Shown here one piece after another: positions 38,101-52,179 of a stretch of DNA of 64,000 nucleotides. The DNA lies in NCBI RefSeq assembly GCF_006345805.1, contig NC_043004.1:1302001-1366000 (forward strand). Direction: 5' to 3'. The notes beneath the pieces are model-generated. The model saw nothing but the letters and a program-made list of their open reading frames with translations. It searched no databases and had not been told where the DNA came from. Origin of the DNA: Octopus sinensis (taxonomy: Eukaryota). How positions within the stretch are numbered: position 1 is the first letter of the stretch; each line of letters begins with the position of its first letter. A program made the translations under genes and the position numbers.

Positions 38101-39030
38101 TGGGTAAGTGGGGTAAAATGAGTAATTCCTGATTTCTTGTTATTTCTTCCTTACTTGTTTGAAATCACTGCAAGCATTACATCATCCATTTTATACTATT
38201 GTGCCATCGTTGGCAGTAACAAGAGGCCAGCGTGCTTGTTGTTGTTTTTGAAGCTGAGAGAATTGGAAACAGGTAATCTTTTTCCAAGACATTTTCTCCT
38301 CAAATTTTCACCTGATTGTATCTGAGGTTGCGAATGAAATATCTGAATAATTTTTTCTGTTTAACAATCAAAATAAATATTTTTCTTTCTTGGATTTCAA
38401 ATCAATTTTTTCCCCGCACTAATGTCTATTTTGCTAATTTTCAAAAAATGATGTGTAAAATGGGGCAAAATGAGTAATGACTAACTTTAATAACCCAAAT
38501 CTCATGAACTGCATGTTTAAAGGAAGAGAGCAACTCCAGCAGATCGGATAGAAGCTTTGGAGAATATTTTACGTAGTTTTTGGATTTAGTTAAGTTTCGT
38601 TAATTTCATACCATGTATCGTTTTCCCATGATCCTCTTTCATTTGTCTGAGATATTTTAAATTTCTGGTGCACTTCTGATCTTTCTGATGTCTAAGGCCG
38701 GATACTGACGTGTATGAATATTTTTCGAATGTAATCCTGGAAAATTGAAGAGGCATATTTATCGTATTTTGTCCGACCCATTTTGCCTAACTTTCTCTTC
38801 TGTATACTCAAAGTGAATGGATTTGTTTTCTGTGTGCTCAAAGAGAACGGAGATAATCTGAAATACTTTTCTGAATATGTTATAGTGTTTTTATTGCATT
38901 TAGAGAAGATCATTTGCTTAGCTGATTTAGTTTTTCTAAGGTAGGGAACAGTTGTAAAAAAAAACAAAAAAACTCTTTTATCTTAAAGAGAAAAATGCAA
39001 TAATCATTACTCATCGTGCCACCCCTCCCT
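38101..39030. mobile_element. Tc1/mariner-pogo-like non-autonomous element
   Basis: Left gtggggtaaaatgagtaat (repeated at 38461), inverted at right end attactcatcgtgccacc followed by TA. Confidence 0.45.
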
Positions 39031-39268
39031 ATATTACGACTGAAAGGTGAAGCTGAAGTATTTACAAGAGGCAAAAAAAAAAAAGAAAAGAAAAATGGAA
39101 CTGATTTCTTAATAATGTTGATGTACGTTTTATCCCTTTCGGGGATCTGTTGTTCTAAGAGTGATCAGCTTTCGAAGGAATATCTAATCAAGCGTTTTTC
39201 GGGGATTAGCAAAGTTACATCCTTAACTTTTAATGTTAAATTGACTTTAATATTTTAGAGCAAGCAAA

Positions 39269-39622
39269 GGCGGTGAGCTGGCAGAAACGTTAGCACGCCG
39301 GGCGAAATGCTTCGTGGTATTTCGTCCGCCGCTGCGTTCTGAGTTCAAATTTCGCCGAGGTCGACATTGCCTTTCATCCTTTCGGGGTCGATAAATCAAG
39401 TACTAGTTACGCACTGGTGTCAATATAATGGACTTAATCCGTTTGTCTATCTTTGTTTGTCCTCTCTGTGTTTAGCCCATTGTGGTTAGTAAAGAAATAG
39501 GTGTTTCGTCTGTCTTTATGATCTGAGTTCAAATTCCACCGAGGTCGACTTTGCCTTTCATCCTTTCAGGGTCGATAAATTAATTACCAGTTACGCACTG
39601 GGGTCGATGTAATCGACTTATT
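39269..39622 (+). mobile_element. tRNA-SINE dimer (184-bp period)
   Basis: Units at 39316 and 39500, same junction as the 30964 trimer. Confidence 0.85.
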
Positions 39623-39702
39623 TCCCAAGCTGCAATTACTTTGCCCTTGTGACAAAAAGTTTGAAATATTTATTTCAGAGATACATACGTACATACATGC
39701 TT

Positions 39703-39753
<51 letters not shown>

Positions 39754-40114
39754 CACATGTATATATATAAAGTAGTTGTATACTGTCAACTTGATGTGAC
39801 AGTATACAACTACTTTATCGTATCACTACTGCATAAATCTCATCTGAGGGATTTAGAAATGTATTATATATATATATATATATATACATACATACACATA
39901 CATGCATACACATATACGAAAAATTCCTAGCTTCAAGGGTGTTGCGAAAGGCCTGGTTAGAGGGTCAACCGTCCGACTTCTTTTATAGGGCTTAAAAAAC
40001 TGGGGGACAGCTGCAATAAGTGTATGAATCCGATACAGGAAAATGTTGAGTAAAATCATAATTAACTGATCCTTCTGCATTTTCTTTTACTCAAAACCAG
40101 GAGCTCTTCAGCAA

Positions 40115-40470
40115 CCCCTGCGTGGCACCCTGAGCAAGTATCTTCTACTATAGCCTGGGGCTGACCAAAACCTTTGGGAGATGGAAACTGAAAGAAGCCC
40201 GTCGTATATGTATATATAAATATATATATATATATATACATTTGTATGTATGTGTGTGTATGCTTGTATCTCTGTTTACCCCCCACCACCATCACCACTT
40301 GGCAACCGGTGTTGGTGTGTTTACGTCCCAGTAACTTAGCTTTTCAGCAAAATAGATCGATAGAATGAATATCAGGTTTTAGAAATAAAAAAGAAAGTGC
40401 TGGTGTTGATTCATTCGACTAAAAATCCACCAAGGCGGTGCCACAGCATGGCCGCTACCTAATGACTCAT
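40115..40470 (+). mobile_element. CORE-like SINE, 5'-truncated
   Basis: Family of 18245; interrupted near its 3' end by the next SINE (taatgactca at 40460 and 40740). Confidence 0.75.
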
Positions 40471-40489
40471 AAAATAAAAAAATAATAAA

Positions 40490-40737
40490 TGCGTCCTTTT
40501 AAAGCCTAGCCAGGCTCATGGGCCCGGTTTCTCGGTTTCTATGGCGTATGTGTTTCCCAGCTGGACGGGACGCCAGTCCATCGCAGCGTTACTCATTTTT
40601 GCCAGCTGAGTGGACTGGAGCAACGTGAAATGAAGTGCTTTGCTAAAGAACACAACGCGTCGCCCGGTCCAGGAATCGAAACCAAACTCTTACGATCATG
40701 ATACTGACACCCTAACCACTAAGCCACGTGCCTCCAC
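40490..40737 (-). mobile_element. tRNA SINE with CORE-like middle and V-domain-like tail
   Basis: Minus: head, gtgttctttagcaaagcacttc, ctgcgatggactggcgtcccgtccag. Confidence 0.75.
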
Positions 40738-42809
40738 TCTAATGACTCACAAACAAGTTAAACATAAAAGAGAAAAGGCTACACCTTTCCAATTAATAAC
40801 TGTAATACCGACTTAGTTGATAGCAAAAAAAAACAACAACAAAACATTGAACAGGAATCGATGGAATACATAGCAGTAATACACTGGGGTATTTGAAATG
40901 GCGATCGCATTATACAGCTTGATCTAAGAACACCATTCAGCGACGTCCCCAATTTCATTAATCAATAGACTTTTCCTAAATTAAAATTAGAATGGTTCTC
41001 TTCTGAGGTAAGCAAAAATGCTAATTTTCTTTTCTCCCGGTTGATTACTCCCCACTATATTTATTATTATTATATTATTATTATTATTATTATTATTATT
41101 ATGAAAGAATATGTTCAGTTATTGATTATATCTAACTGGTCGAGATGGCAATGTAGGAAGCACATACTTTCACACACAAAAGAAAGTGCAGTTTAAAAAT
41201 CTTCTCAAACGAGCCCTTAATTCACTTCACAACTCTTTTAAAGACAAATAAAATTTTCACTTATTACCGAGGCTAATAGTGAACGATCGTTGTTGACCAT
41301 ATTGAATAAATTAAAAATAATAAAAAAGAAAACAATTTCCTCGAAGACATTTGAAAAGATTTTCATGTGGCACAGGATGGTTTATACATTAACTTGTTCC
41401 TGACATGTGTCTCGCTTCATTGAAATTCTTCCCCATCACGGCTCAACTATGGCAACGCTCTTTCTTAGGATTGTGTTGTTTTCATCAGAAGATAATACTT
41501 GATAGCAGCCGTCGGTACTTTCATTAATTAAGCCATAAAGTCCATCAAAGAATTTACTTTACTTTGATGTTTATTCACTCGCAGAATTATCAAGAATTTA
41601 AGGAGTTTTTTTTTTTAATTAACCAAACTATTTTTTTCTTAATAATAATTAAATATTCCCTTTTCCTTACTTATTTATTCGACGTTCTAGTGTCAACATA
41701 AAACGGTATATTTTCTCTTCTTTTCTCGGATACAGACAACACAATAACGTCGCTAGAGACCACACATGTACAGGAGGCAAGTTATTGGTTATTATCTAAC
41801 AAAGATTTTTTTGATGATCATATAAAAATAATTCGTCACTTGCAATAAATGAAATTTCTTAAACAGTTTTTTTTTCTTGAATAATTATTTTTCTAAGGAG
41901 AACAGATTTTATAGATTTAAAAAACAAAAAACAAAACAAACAAACACATATGGTAAGCAAAAGCAATAAATGATTGTTGAATCACGGTCAACAATAACAA
42001 GATCAACAACATCTTATAGTGATATTCCATCAGAATTATACTATTATTACACTTGGACTCAATAATAGCACGAAAGATCAAAACAATTTTATCGAAAAAT
42101 CAAAATAAAGAAAGGAATAAATAAAAACTAATTAAAAATTATAATTTAACCCGATTCTCTACGTTTCAGACTGCTGCTGCAGCTGAAGAAAAATATTGTT
42201 TCTTTGTTGTTTATAGAAATTTATTTTAGTCTGTGTATAGAGGGGCGGGGCTCGACACGAATAGCTGCGAATTTAATTTAAAGGAAACACAAGTGGGAGG
42301 TTGTTATATTCATGCCTTTCCAAAAGAGTAAATAAAAAATAATGCAAATGAGAATACAAATGGCGTCGTTGACTTTGCTTTATGTAGAGAGAGAGAGAAA
42401 GCTTACCTGTACCAGCGTCAATCGCGACAAAAGACTAAAGAGTAAAACAACGGTGTTTAAGGTATTCTAACACACTTCCTTCTTACTTTGTTTCTTTGTT
42501 TCTTTGCTTCTTTCTTTCTTTCTTTCTTTCTTTCCTTCCTTCTTTCTTTCTTCCTTCCTTCCTTCATTTCTCCTCTCTCTCTCTCACACACATTTCTACG
42601 AAAGTAGTGAATCATAATGCTGCTTTTCAAATGTTCTCGTTCGATTTATAGGATCGCATAAAGCGAGGTACACTGTATAGCAGACAGGTGACTTATACAT
42701 ACATACATACATACATACATACATACATACATACATACATACATGCACACATAGACATCCATAAATACATACATACATACATACATACATACATACATAC
42801 ATACATACA

Positions 42810-42840
<31 letters not shown>

Positions 42841-42869
42841 GCGTATATACATACATATGTCTGTGAGTA

Positions 42870-43205
42870 TGCAGACGTGGCTGAGTGATAAGAAGCTTAT
42901 TTTCCAACTACATGGTTCCAGGTTCGGTCCCACTGCGTGGCATCTTCAGCAACTATAGACTTGAGAACACCAAAGCCTTGTGTATGAATTTGGAAACTGA
43001 AAGAAGCTTGTCGTATGTGTGTGTGTTGGTGTGTATGTGTGTGTCTTTGTTTCTATGTTCGTCCCCCCCACTACCGCTCGACAGCTATGTAGATGTGTTT
43101 AAGGTCCCGCAACTTAGCGGTTCGGCAAAAGCACCGATAGAATAAGTACAGTACCAGGTTTAACAAAATAACTATTCGGGTTGATTTATTTAACTAGATA
43201 TTCTT
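42870..43205 (+). mobile_element. CORE-like SINE
   Basis: Family of 18245. Confidence 0.75.
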
Positions 43206-43217
43206 CAAATAAAAGAT

Positions 43218-43273
<56 letters not shown>

Positions 43274-43282
43274 GTATGTATG

Positions 43283-43318
<36 letters not shown>

Positions 43319-43490
43319 CATACACATATATATATATCTACAGAAATATATATACATATATATATACGTATATACATACATATATATATGTGTATATGTA
43401 TATATATGTGTATATGTATATATATGTGTATATATGTATATATGTGTATATGTATATATATATACATATATATATATGTATGTATATATA

Positions 43491-43561
<71 letters not shown>

Positions 43562-43589
43562 TATATACATTCCCATGATTAATCGCTAG

Positions 43590-43763
43590 TCAACTAAAAC
43601 CTTTGTATTTTCTCTCTCTGTTTATTTCCTCATGTTCCTTTCTGTTGAAGAGTGTAGGCTCGAAATGTAAAAGACTTTCTCACTTCCCGAGCGTTAAACT
43701 AATGCATCTATTTGTTGTTTATACACCCGTCTTCGTTTTTTGCTTTTTTTTATAAATTCTCAC
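43590..43763 (+). mobile_element. Penelope pseudo-LTR-like fragment with hammerhead-like motif in (TA)n
   Basis: cttt-CTGTTGA-A-GAGT-gtag-GCTC-GAAA-TGTA-aaag at 43638-43673; homologous to 33322-33480. Confidence 0.55.
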
Positions 43764-43766
43764 TAT

Positions 43767-43797
<31 letters not shown>

Positions 43798-43870
43798 CAT
43801 TGTGTATGTACGTATATATATACATACATACACACACATATGTATATATGCACATATACAAGCACATATG

Positions 43871-43925
<55 letters not shown>

Positions 43926-44034
43926 ACATATACATACAAGTTTGTGTTGCTATGTCGGATGAGATACGCAAAATATTCCTTTTGCAATGAGTCAAATTAT
44001 ACTGGCTAAAATTCTTTTATTGAGTGTGTGTGTG

Positions 44035-44103
<69 letters not shown>

Positions 44104-44239
44104 CATATATATACACATATATATATATATATGTACACACACACATACATGCATATATACTCACACAGAGACACACAGACACGTGCGCACACGCATAACC
44201 TAGATAACTTGATAACTTGGATATATTATAGTCAGAGAT

Positions 44240-44580
44240 AGGCTCAGGCCATGGCTAACTTAACAAGACCGCCTGATAGGTTCTGCTAAGAAATATTTAA
44301 GTAAGAAGTTATTGTTGACTGAGGTGTATCCAGGTAAAGGTGGCTTAATTGGTGTCCTTTGAAGGAATTTGTCCAGGTTTCGTTTGAAGGCGATGAGCCC
44401 TTTTTCTTTGATTTGATTTGCAATAATGTTAAATAGGACAGGGCCTGTTGAGGAAAGGAAACTGTCTTGCAGTGAATTTATGTGCTCTTATCATGAATTA
44501 TGTACTGGGCGTATGGCATGTGGCCCTAGCCTCGCATGAATTCTAAATCTGATGTTAAGGACAATACAGGTGGTATATTC
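44240..44580 (-). mobile_element. CR1-group LINE 3' fragment
   Basis: RLGP.A..P, SF.STGP.LFNI, FKRNLDKFL...P.LPGY motifs. Confidence 0.6.
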
Positions 44581-44618
44581 TCAACACTGTGTAAACGATG
44601 TTGCGCACACGGCGGCAC

Positions 44619-44690
<72 letters not shown>

Positions 44691-45307
44691 CAGATACAGA
44701 TATAAATGTATGCATATAAACAAATGGATAATTTCGAACATCAGTACCCGCATTTCAATAATAAAGTTTCTCACCAACTACATTACACAGCCTATTAAAG
44801 AACCTTATATAAATCGACGTTGCTGTGATACCATCTCATTTCCTCAGGTCATATTCTGCTGTCTTTGACGTTTTACGATTTACGATTTGCAGAGGAGAGT
44901 AGAAGTATTTTTAAAGAAACAGAATGAAGGAATTTTCGAAGTGGAATGGAGATATTAAACTTCGCGACCATTCAAATAGTACAACTCGAAAGGCATCTAA
45001 TGTTATGTATGCGTATATTAGAAGGGGAATAGGCAAATGTCTATTCAATTTATATATTGGAACTTATGACTGAGTTTATGGTGGGCAGTAAATGTTTAGT
45101 AACGAACAATTCTGTTATCTTCAAAACAAGTCAAACAATCTACAAATTAACTGGAATTTCTTAAGATCATTGATGAGAAATATGACAACTGTCTTTAAGC
45201 GATATATGTGAAATATATCGCACGTGTGCACAAATACACCAAAATATGTTAAATAATATGTATATATCTACTTACTAGGGACTGTATAGATTCAAACTAT
45301 ACAGATA

Positions 45308-45744
45308 CAGGGGTTGGACAAAATAATGGAAACACCTAAAAATTTCAAACAAATTTATTTTAATATGGAGTAGGACCGCCATTGGAGTTTTCTTTCGACG
45401 AGGAGGTTTTGGTCACTTTCTCAAAGGCTGTCATTACTTTCGAGACAGTACTTTTTGATACACCAAAAATTTCGGCTGTTTTCGTTACGCTAGCGCCTGC
45501 TGTACGAGCACCAACAATTTGACATCTTTGAAAGTCCGATATATCTGTCAATGTAATGAATTTTAATTACCTTTTTCTGATGATATCTGAAAAGAAACAG
45601 CAATTTTAGTTTGACATATTGAGCAACACTAATAATAACTAAAAAAAACATAAAAATAAACAAGCTTTTGACGGTTTTGTAGATACTTCAAAACTATGAT
45701 GTTATGATGCTAGGTGTTTCCATTATTTTGTCCACCCCCACCTG
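45308..45744 (-). mobile_element. Internally deleted Tc1-like transposon
   Basis: TA|caggggttggacaaaataatggaaacacct ... aggtgtttccattattttgtccacccccacctg|TA; N-terminal HTH ISDFQRCQIVGAR.AGASVTKTAEIFGVSKSTVSKV at 45551-45385. Confidence 0.9.
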
Positions 45745-45827
45745 TATATCTAATGAAAAAAATATTAAAAAAAATATGCAAATAATATAACATTGTGAAA
45801 AAGTAAAAAGTAAATAAATAAATAAAC

Positions 45828-46245
45828 AGCGTAGCTGTGTGGTAAGAAGTTTGCTTCCCAACCATATGGCTCCACGTTCAGTCCCACTGCGTGGCACCTT
45901 GGCCAATCGCCTTCTTCTATAGCCTCGAGCCGACCCAAAGCATGTGAATGGATTTAGTAGACAGAAACTGAAAGAAGCCCGACACATATGTGTGTGTGTT
46001 TGTGTGCGCGCGCGTAAGTGGATGTGTGTGTGTGTATCTTTTTCTCTATGCGTGCACCCCCACCACAGCCTGACAACCGTTGTTGGTTTGTTTACATCCG
46101 CCAAACTTTGCAGTTTGGTAAAGAAGCCGATAGTATAAGTATCAGGCTTAAAAATAAGGTACTGTGGTGAATTCGTTCGACTAAATTTTTTTCAAGGCGG
46201 TGCCCCAGCATGGCCGCAGTCTAACGACTGAAGCAAGAAAGAGAT
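45828..46245 (+). mobile_element. CORE-like SINE
   Basis: Family of 18245. Confidence 0.8.
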
Positions 46246-46503
46246 AAAAATCAAAAAGGTAAGACATAAAGCACTAAAAATAAAATGCATAAACTCACGC
46301 AGAGTTTGCTATACGTATGCCTTGTTTTATTGGTTGATCTGAAAACGAAGTGAAACAATGAGGTTTTTCGATACTGTTTTTCTTTATCAGTTTTTGATTC
46401 ACTTCTTGAATTAATTACACATGGCCAGTGGCGCACTGGGTCTAGAAATATTGGTTGCCAAGAGACTAAGGGGACCCACCCGCAACTACAATGCTATCCT
46501 TTA

Positions 46504-46556
<53 letters not shown>

Positions 46557-46590
46557 CATTATTATCATTATCATCATTATTATTATTATT

Positions 46591-46692
46591 GAGTGAGAGA
46601 GCAGTTCATGCCATCAAAGTGACACTGGGGTAAAATATACGAAGCCCAATATACCCATCATGACTACCCGTCTGATAAGGGCACACCAGGCA

Positions 46693-46694
<2 letters not shown>
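46591..46694 (-). mobile_element. 3' end of a non-coding (AAT)n-associated element
   Basis: Reverse complement of ~56308-56411; flanked both sides by (TTA)n. Confidence 0.7.
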
Positions 46695-46789
<95 letters not shown>

Positions 46790-46790
<1 letters not shown>

Positions 46791-47011
46791 TACGAGTATG
46801 TTTGACTTTCGCTTTACAGTTGTACAAATTGGCTCCAAGTCTCACTCAGAGACCTCAAGAGACAACAAGTTGGAAGTTCATGTTGGTGTTATGCCTAGGG
46901 TGCCATATATTTAGTTTTGTACTTAGTGTTGTACTAGTGAATGTCTAAAAAATCATACGAAAATTATGTTTGTTTTAAAACTTGATATTACATAGAAAGT
47001 ATTTTGCGTAG
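46790..47011 (-). mobile_element. R4/Dong-like LINE 3' end, family 2
   Basis: Minus starts LRKILSM* (cf. ILRRALSIQ* of family 1), then a 3' UTR; flanked by (TTA)n. Confidence 0.55.
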
Positions 47012-47050
<39 letters not shown>

Positions 47051-47070
47051 ATTATTATTATTATTATTAC

Positions 47071-47140
<70 letters not shown>

Positions 47141-47184
47141 AGCCCTTGTGGCCAATAAAAGAATTAATTATTATTATTATTATT

Positions 47185-48479
47185 CAGTAGTTTTATTTTT
47201 ATAGCGTGCTTTCATTTCACTACCGAGCGCAGCTCTGTGTGCCTTGGGTATGTGCTGTGATTTGTTGTGATGCTCTGATGGTTATTGTATGGAAAGTGCT
47301 CTGCGTAGGATGTGTGCAGTGCCTAGTAGTGCAATTTTCTGTATGTTATATGTGTTTGTAAGTCCTGGTGTTTTTGTTATGTATTTGTCTGAATATTTTT
47401 TTATCATGCCTAATGCACCTACTATGATAGGAATTGTTTCTGTTTTTAGATTCCACATTCTGGTTTCCTCTATTTCCAGGTCTTTGTATTTTGAGAGTTT
47501 CTCCATTTCTTTTAGAGACACGTTGTCATCTGCCGGTATTGATACATCAATTAGAAAGCATTTTTTTTCTTCATGATCTCTGACAACTATATCTGGTCTG
47601 TTGGCCTTAATTTCTCTATCTGTGTGTATCGGCATATCCCAGAGTATGGTTGCTTTATCGTTTTCTGTGACCTTTTCTGGTGTGTGCCTATACCATCTTT
47701 TTTCTGTTATTATTCCATAATGTTGGCATAGCTTCCAATGTATGTAGGTTCCAACTCTGTCATGTGTGTGAATATATTCCTTCTTAGCCAGGACTGGGCA
47801 GCCAGAGATAATATGATTTATTGTTTCTTGTCCATCTCCACATATTTTGCAGTTACTTGTAATATTTCTTTTCATTATATGTTTTTGGTAATTTCTGGTG
47901 GGGAGGCTTTGGTCTTGTGCTGCAATTAAAATCGCTCTGTTTCTGCTTTGATTCCTGAGCTTTTCAACCATTGCTGGGATTTTTCTTTGTCTATTTCTTT
48001 TGCGTTTAGTTTAGTCCAGTATTTACCATGAAGGGGCTTTTCTTGCCATCGTTTTATCATGGTTCGTTGCTGTTCTATTTTTAGTTTGGATTTCATTTGT
48101 TTTATAGCTTTTGTTGTTTCTTCATCTTCTTCTTCTTCATATTTATTAGGTGGTATGATTTCTTGTTTGCATTTGTCAGCTTCCTTAAATACTGAGAACA
48201 GTTTTTTGTTTTGCTCGTGTTTTGCCGCTATTTGTATCAGTTTTCCTTCCTTCTGAAGGAGATATTTTTTCAGTCCTATGGTGGTTATTTTATAGTAGTT
48301 TTCCAGTTGTATAAGGCCTCTACCACCTTCTACACGTTGTATATATAGTCTTTCTATGTCAGATTTTGGGTGATGCATCCTAGATCCTGTCATTATTCTT
48401 CTTGTTTTCCTATCTATTTTGGTCAGTTCATTTAGTGTCCAGTTAAGGATATTGTAGCTGTAACTTATAACTGGGACAG
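47185..48479 (-). mobile_element. R4/Dong-like RLE LINE, 5'-truncated (family 1)
   Basis: GGRGL, HGKY, AAQDQ, CKICG..ETINHIISGC zinc knuckle, RPDIVV..IDVSIP..KLSKY RLE, IPIIVGALG; frameshift near 47935; inside (TTA)n. Confidence 0.9.
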
Positions 48480-48501
48480 TTATAAGTTACAGTTATTATT
48501 A

Positions 48502-48589
<88 letters not shown>

Positions 48590-49492
48590 GTTGCTAAAAG
48601 TATTCTTTTCAATTGTCTACAAACACAGCCAGGCTGAAATAATTACTACATTCTTCCAGGAGTAAATAAAAATTCTCAAACTTGAGGGTATGGAGCCCTT
48701 AGATACTAACATGTGCCCTCATATATGGATTCTAATGGCGCAGGGGCCCTCCTGCCATCGAGCAAGCTGGCAACCTGGCCAGTCCGCCACTACACATGGC
48801 TATTTAATGATGACTGTTCAAATATCTTTTTTTGTTGGGATAGTTTCTTTCCTGATAACCTTACATATAATATCGTTTTTGGATTTGGTTTGCAAGATTC
48901 TTTATGTGAGTTCGTGTGTTGAAGCATATTCTGTTGTGTCTGGGGAGAGTCATTCTCTTTTCGTGCCTTATAATTTAACACACTCACCGGTAAAATTTCC
49001 ACTTCCTTTTTATTTTTCTAAAATTTTCGTTGCGTTTTGCAACCTTTTCAATAGTTCTAACACTGTCCACCCCAGGCACAACAGAACTTACATATAATAT
49101 ATCTCCTACCAAAGGAGTCTAAGAGAAGTCAAAATTATAAATGCTCATACATTATGTCATTGGAATTACAAACCTTAAAAGTAAACTTTTTACGATATAT
49201 TTTTGCCCGTCGAAAATGTTTTAAAGTCTCAGTAAGTTTGTTCTGTAAGGTTAAAGTGTCTTCTTCGCAGTTTCACGTATCTACTTGAATAATTCCGGAG
49301 CACCAACACATTGGCCGTTAATTCCTTTTGTATGGTGTTATGTTCTAAATTTCCATAGAAATTAATCTACCACACATGAAGTCTGGTTTGGAAACTTCAT
49401 TTTAATCCCTTTTAAAGCTTACAAAACAAACCAAAAAATTAAAATAATATAATACATACATATATAAATGCACACACACACACACACACACA

Positions 49493-49547
<55 letters not shown>

Positions 49548-50286
49548 ACACACACACACACACACACAATCAGACACGTACACGCACGCATGCACGCACT
49601 CACACATTTCTGGTTTTAAGAATTTTTTCCAAGCGGAATTGTATACTTAATTAATTTCTGGTCATCATTTTCTAAAAACCCTTTCGTTTTCACATCACTG
49701 TATAATGCACGCTGGCTTCGTTACTTAGTGAGTATTAAAGTGATACCAAAATGCCATCAAAGAGCTTAAACCTGCCTCACTCTGGCAGAGACGACTCACC
49801 GAATCAATGAGCTGTGTTCACTTGTTAGCTTTGATTGCTGTTCATAGAACTACAAATACCATTCAGAAATTGAGATCTGCTATAAATGTTTTCTCTGTGA
49901 TTATTTGCGCTCAGCATCTCTTAATGAGAACAGCTATGTTAATAATTGCAAATATATGCAGTTACAAGCAAATGTCATATTCTAATTCTCGTTTTCTGCC
50001 TTTATTTAATATCATCTGTTTTCCCACAATATTTAATCAATTTCAAAGAATAATGCTAAGCCAAAACTAAAAGGAAGAAGCTGGATGCCTGTGTGTAGTA
50101 ATACGATGTATATCTGAGATTTATACGCTTGAAGAGTTTCAGGAATTACCGCAACTGGTATTTAGTTAAAAATCCTTAAATAAATGTCTACTAAATAGCT
50201 AAATTATTCGTATCACTTAACCAGTAGATGTCAGTGAAACGTGAAAGGCTAATCACGTTGATTACACTTGTGTGTGTGTGTGTGTG

Positions 50287-50331
<45 letters not shown>

Positions 50332-50674
50332 TGTGCGTATGTATAAAACTGACGGTGGGTCGGAGTGAGCAAAGCATAGGAATTTGTTTATTACGATCGG
50401 TATATCATTAACGGGAGTAATCTCTGTAACAGCTTTTGACAAAAGAAACTTTTAATTGATAAATCTGTAGTTAAACAGCTAGGGTAGATTAGCAAACCAA
50501 AGGATAGATTCCTCATCAAAAATTAATTTGGGATTATTCTTTACATTCTTTCCCAAATTTTCTTACAGCTTAAAACCTTTTGGAATATTCCAATAATATA
50601 TATTAATAACGATCAAATCCTTTGAGAAACCGGTCAGCCTGACGACAGTCAATGGGGAAAAGAAAGAAACGCTA

Positions 50675-51300
50675 TCAACACCATCACCATCACCACCATC
50701 ACGTCATTATCATCGCATCACGGCAACCACCACCACTACAAAACACCACCACCACCACCACCAACACCACCACTACAAACACACCACCACCACCACCACC
50801 ACCACTACCACAAAATACCACCACCACCACCACTACCACAAAATACTACCACCACCACCACCACCACCACCACTACCACAAACCATCACCACCACCACTA
50901 CAAAACGTCACCACACCATCACACAAAATACCACCACTACCACAAAACACCACCACCACCACTACCACAAAATACCACCACCACCACCACAAAATACCAC
51001 CACCACCACCACTACCACAAAATACTACCACCACCACCACCACCACCACCACTACCACAAACCATCACCACCACCACTACAAAACGTCACCACAACCATC
51101 ACACAAAATACCACCACTACCACAAAACACCACCACCACTACCACAAAATACCACCACCACCACAAAATACCACCACCACCACTACTACAAAACGTCACC
51201 ACCACCATCACTACCACAAAACACCACCACCACTACCACAAAACACCACCACCACCACCACCACTACCACAAATTACCATTACCACCAACACCGCCACTA
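50675..51300. repeat. (CAC)n-based degenerate minisatellite (ccactaccacaaaata units)
   Basis: Direct; source of the 298-aa T/P/H pseudo-ORF. Confidence 0.9.
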
Positions 51301-51302
51301 CC

Positions 51303-52179
51303 ACAAACACCATCAGTACCACAACCATTGTACCATCACCACTACCGTCACCGACACCACTGTCACCACTGACGCCACGGATCTTGTTAAATTTCTTCCA
51401 ACCACTTGTGAGGTTTTTTTTCAAATTTTCACCAGATTGTTTTAAAAAAAATTGTTCTGATGTGGTTTTTCATGCTGATGACGAAAATCACATTCATTTA
51501 AACCAGAAATTAACAATAAAAAAGTTAGAAACATTTAAAATTATGTAATTTAACCAATCAGTAGAATCCATCGCTGGACAGACCGGAAGTCGTGAATTTT
51601 TGTCTCGTGAGAATAGCACACATGCGATTTTTACGTGGTCTCTCGACTTACTAGAAATAGCAGCCAAATATTTCTTAAACTGCACCACAGCGTCTAAATA
51701 ACAAAAAGGCGATGGTGCCACAACACTGTTCATTTTCTCGCTTACAACAAGTTCAGTTGTTGAGGATTATCAAGACCATTTAAGTTCAATTCAATCTCAA
51801 TAAATGTAAACTTTCATCGAATTGACGATCCTTAAATACTTACTAAGCCCGCACGGGGAGAATCGTTCACCACTTCCGGTCTGCCCAGCGATGGAGCCTG
51901 CTGATTGGTTAAAATTACATAGTTTTAAATGCTTGTAACTTCTTTATTGTTAAGTTCTAGAAAAAATATGAATGTGATTTTCATCAACAACCATCAAAAA
52001 TACATAAGGACTACACTTTTTGAAAATAATCTGGGGAAAATTTGAAGAAACCTCAAAGTGGTTGGTAGAAATTTAACATGATCCGCGGCAGCTCCGATGA
52101 CGTCACTGGTGGCAGTGGTGGCGGTGATAGTGGTCGTAGTGGTGGTAGATGTCGTGTGCAATGGTATTGATGGTGTTTG
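51303..52179. mobile_element. Fold-back element with ~290-bp imperfect inverted arms
   Basis: 51303-51592 vs 51871-52179 (e.g. aaccaatcag..tccatcgctggacagaccggaagt / acttccggtctgcccagcgatgga..ctgattggtt). Confidence 0.75.

Noticed and set aside
42408-42460. Signal-peptide-like minus exon LNTVVLLFSLLSRLTLVQ
   Set aside because: In-frame stop just upstream and no ATG.
50652-51548. 298-aa Thr/Pro/His-rich ORF (mucin-like)
   Set aside because: Frame-switching (CAC)n minisatellite running into a transposon arm.
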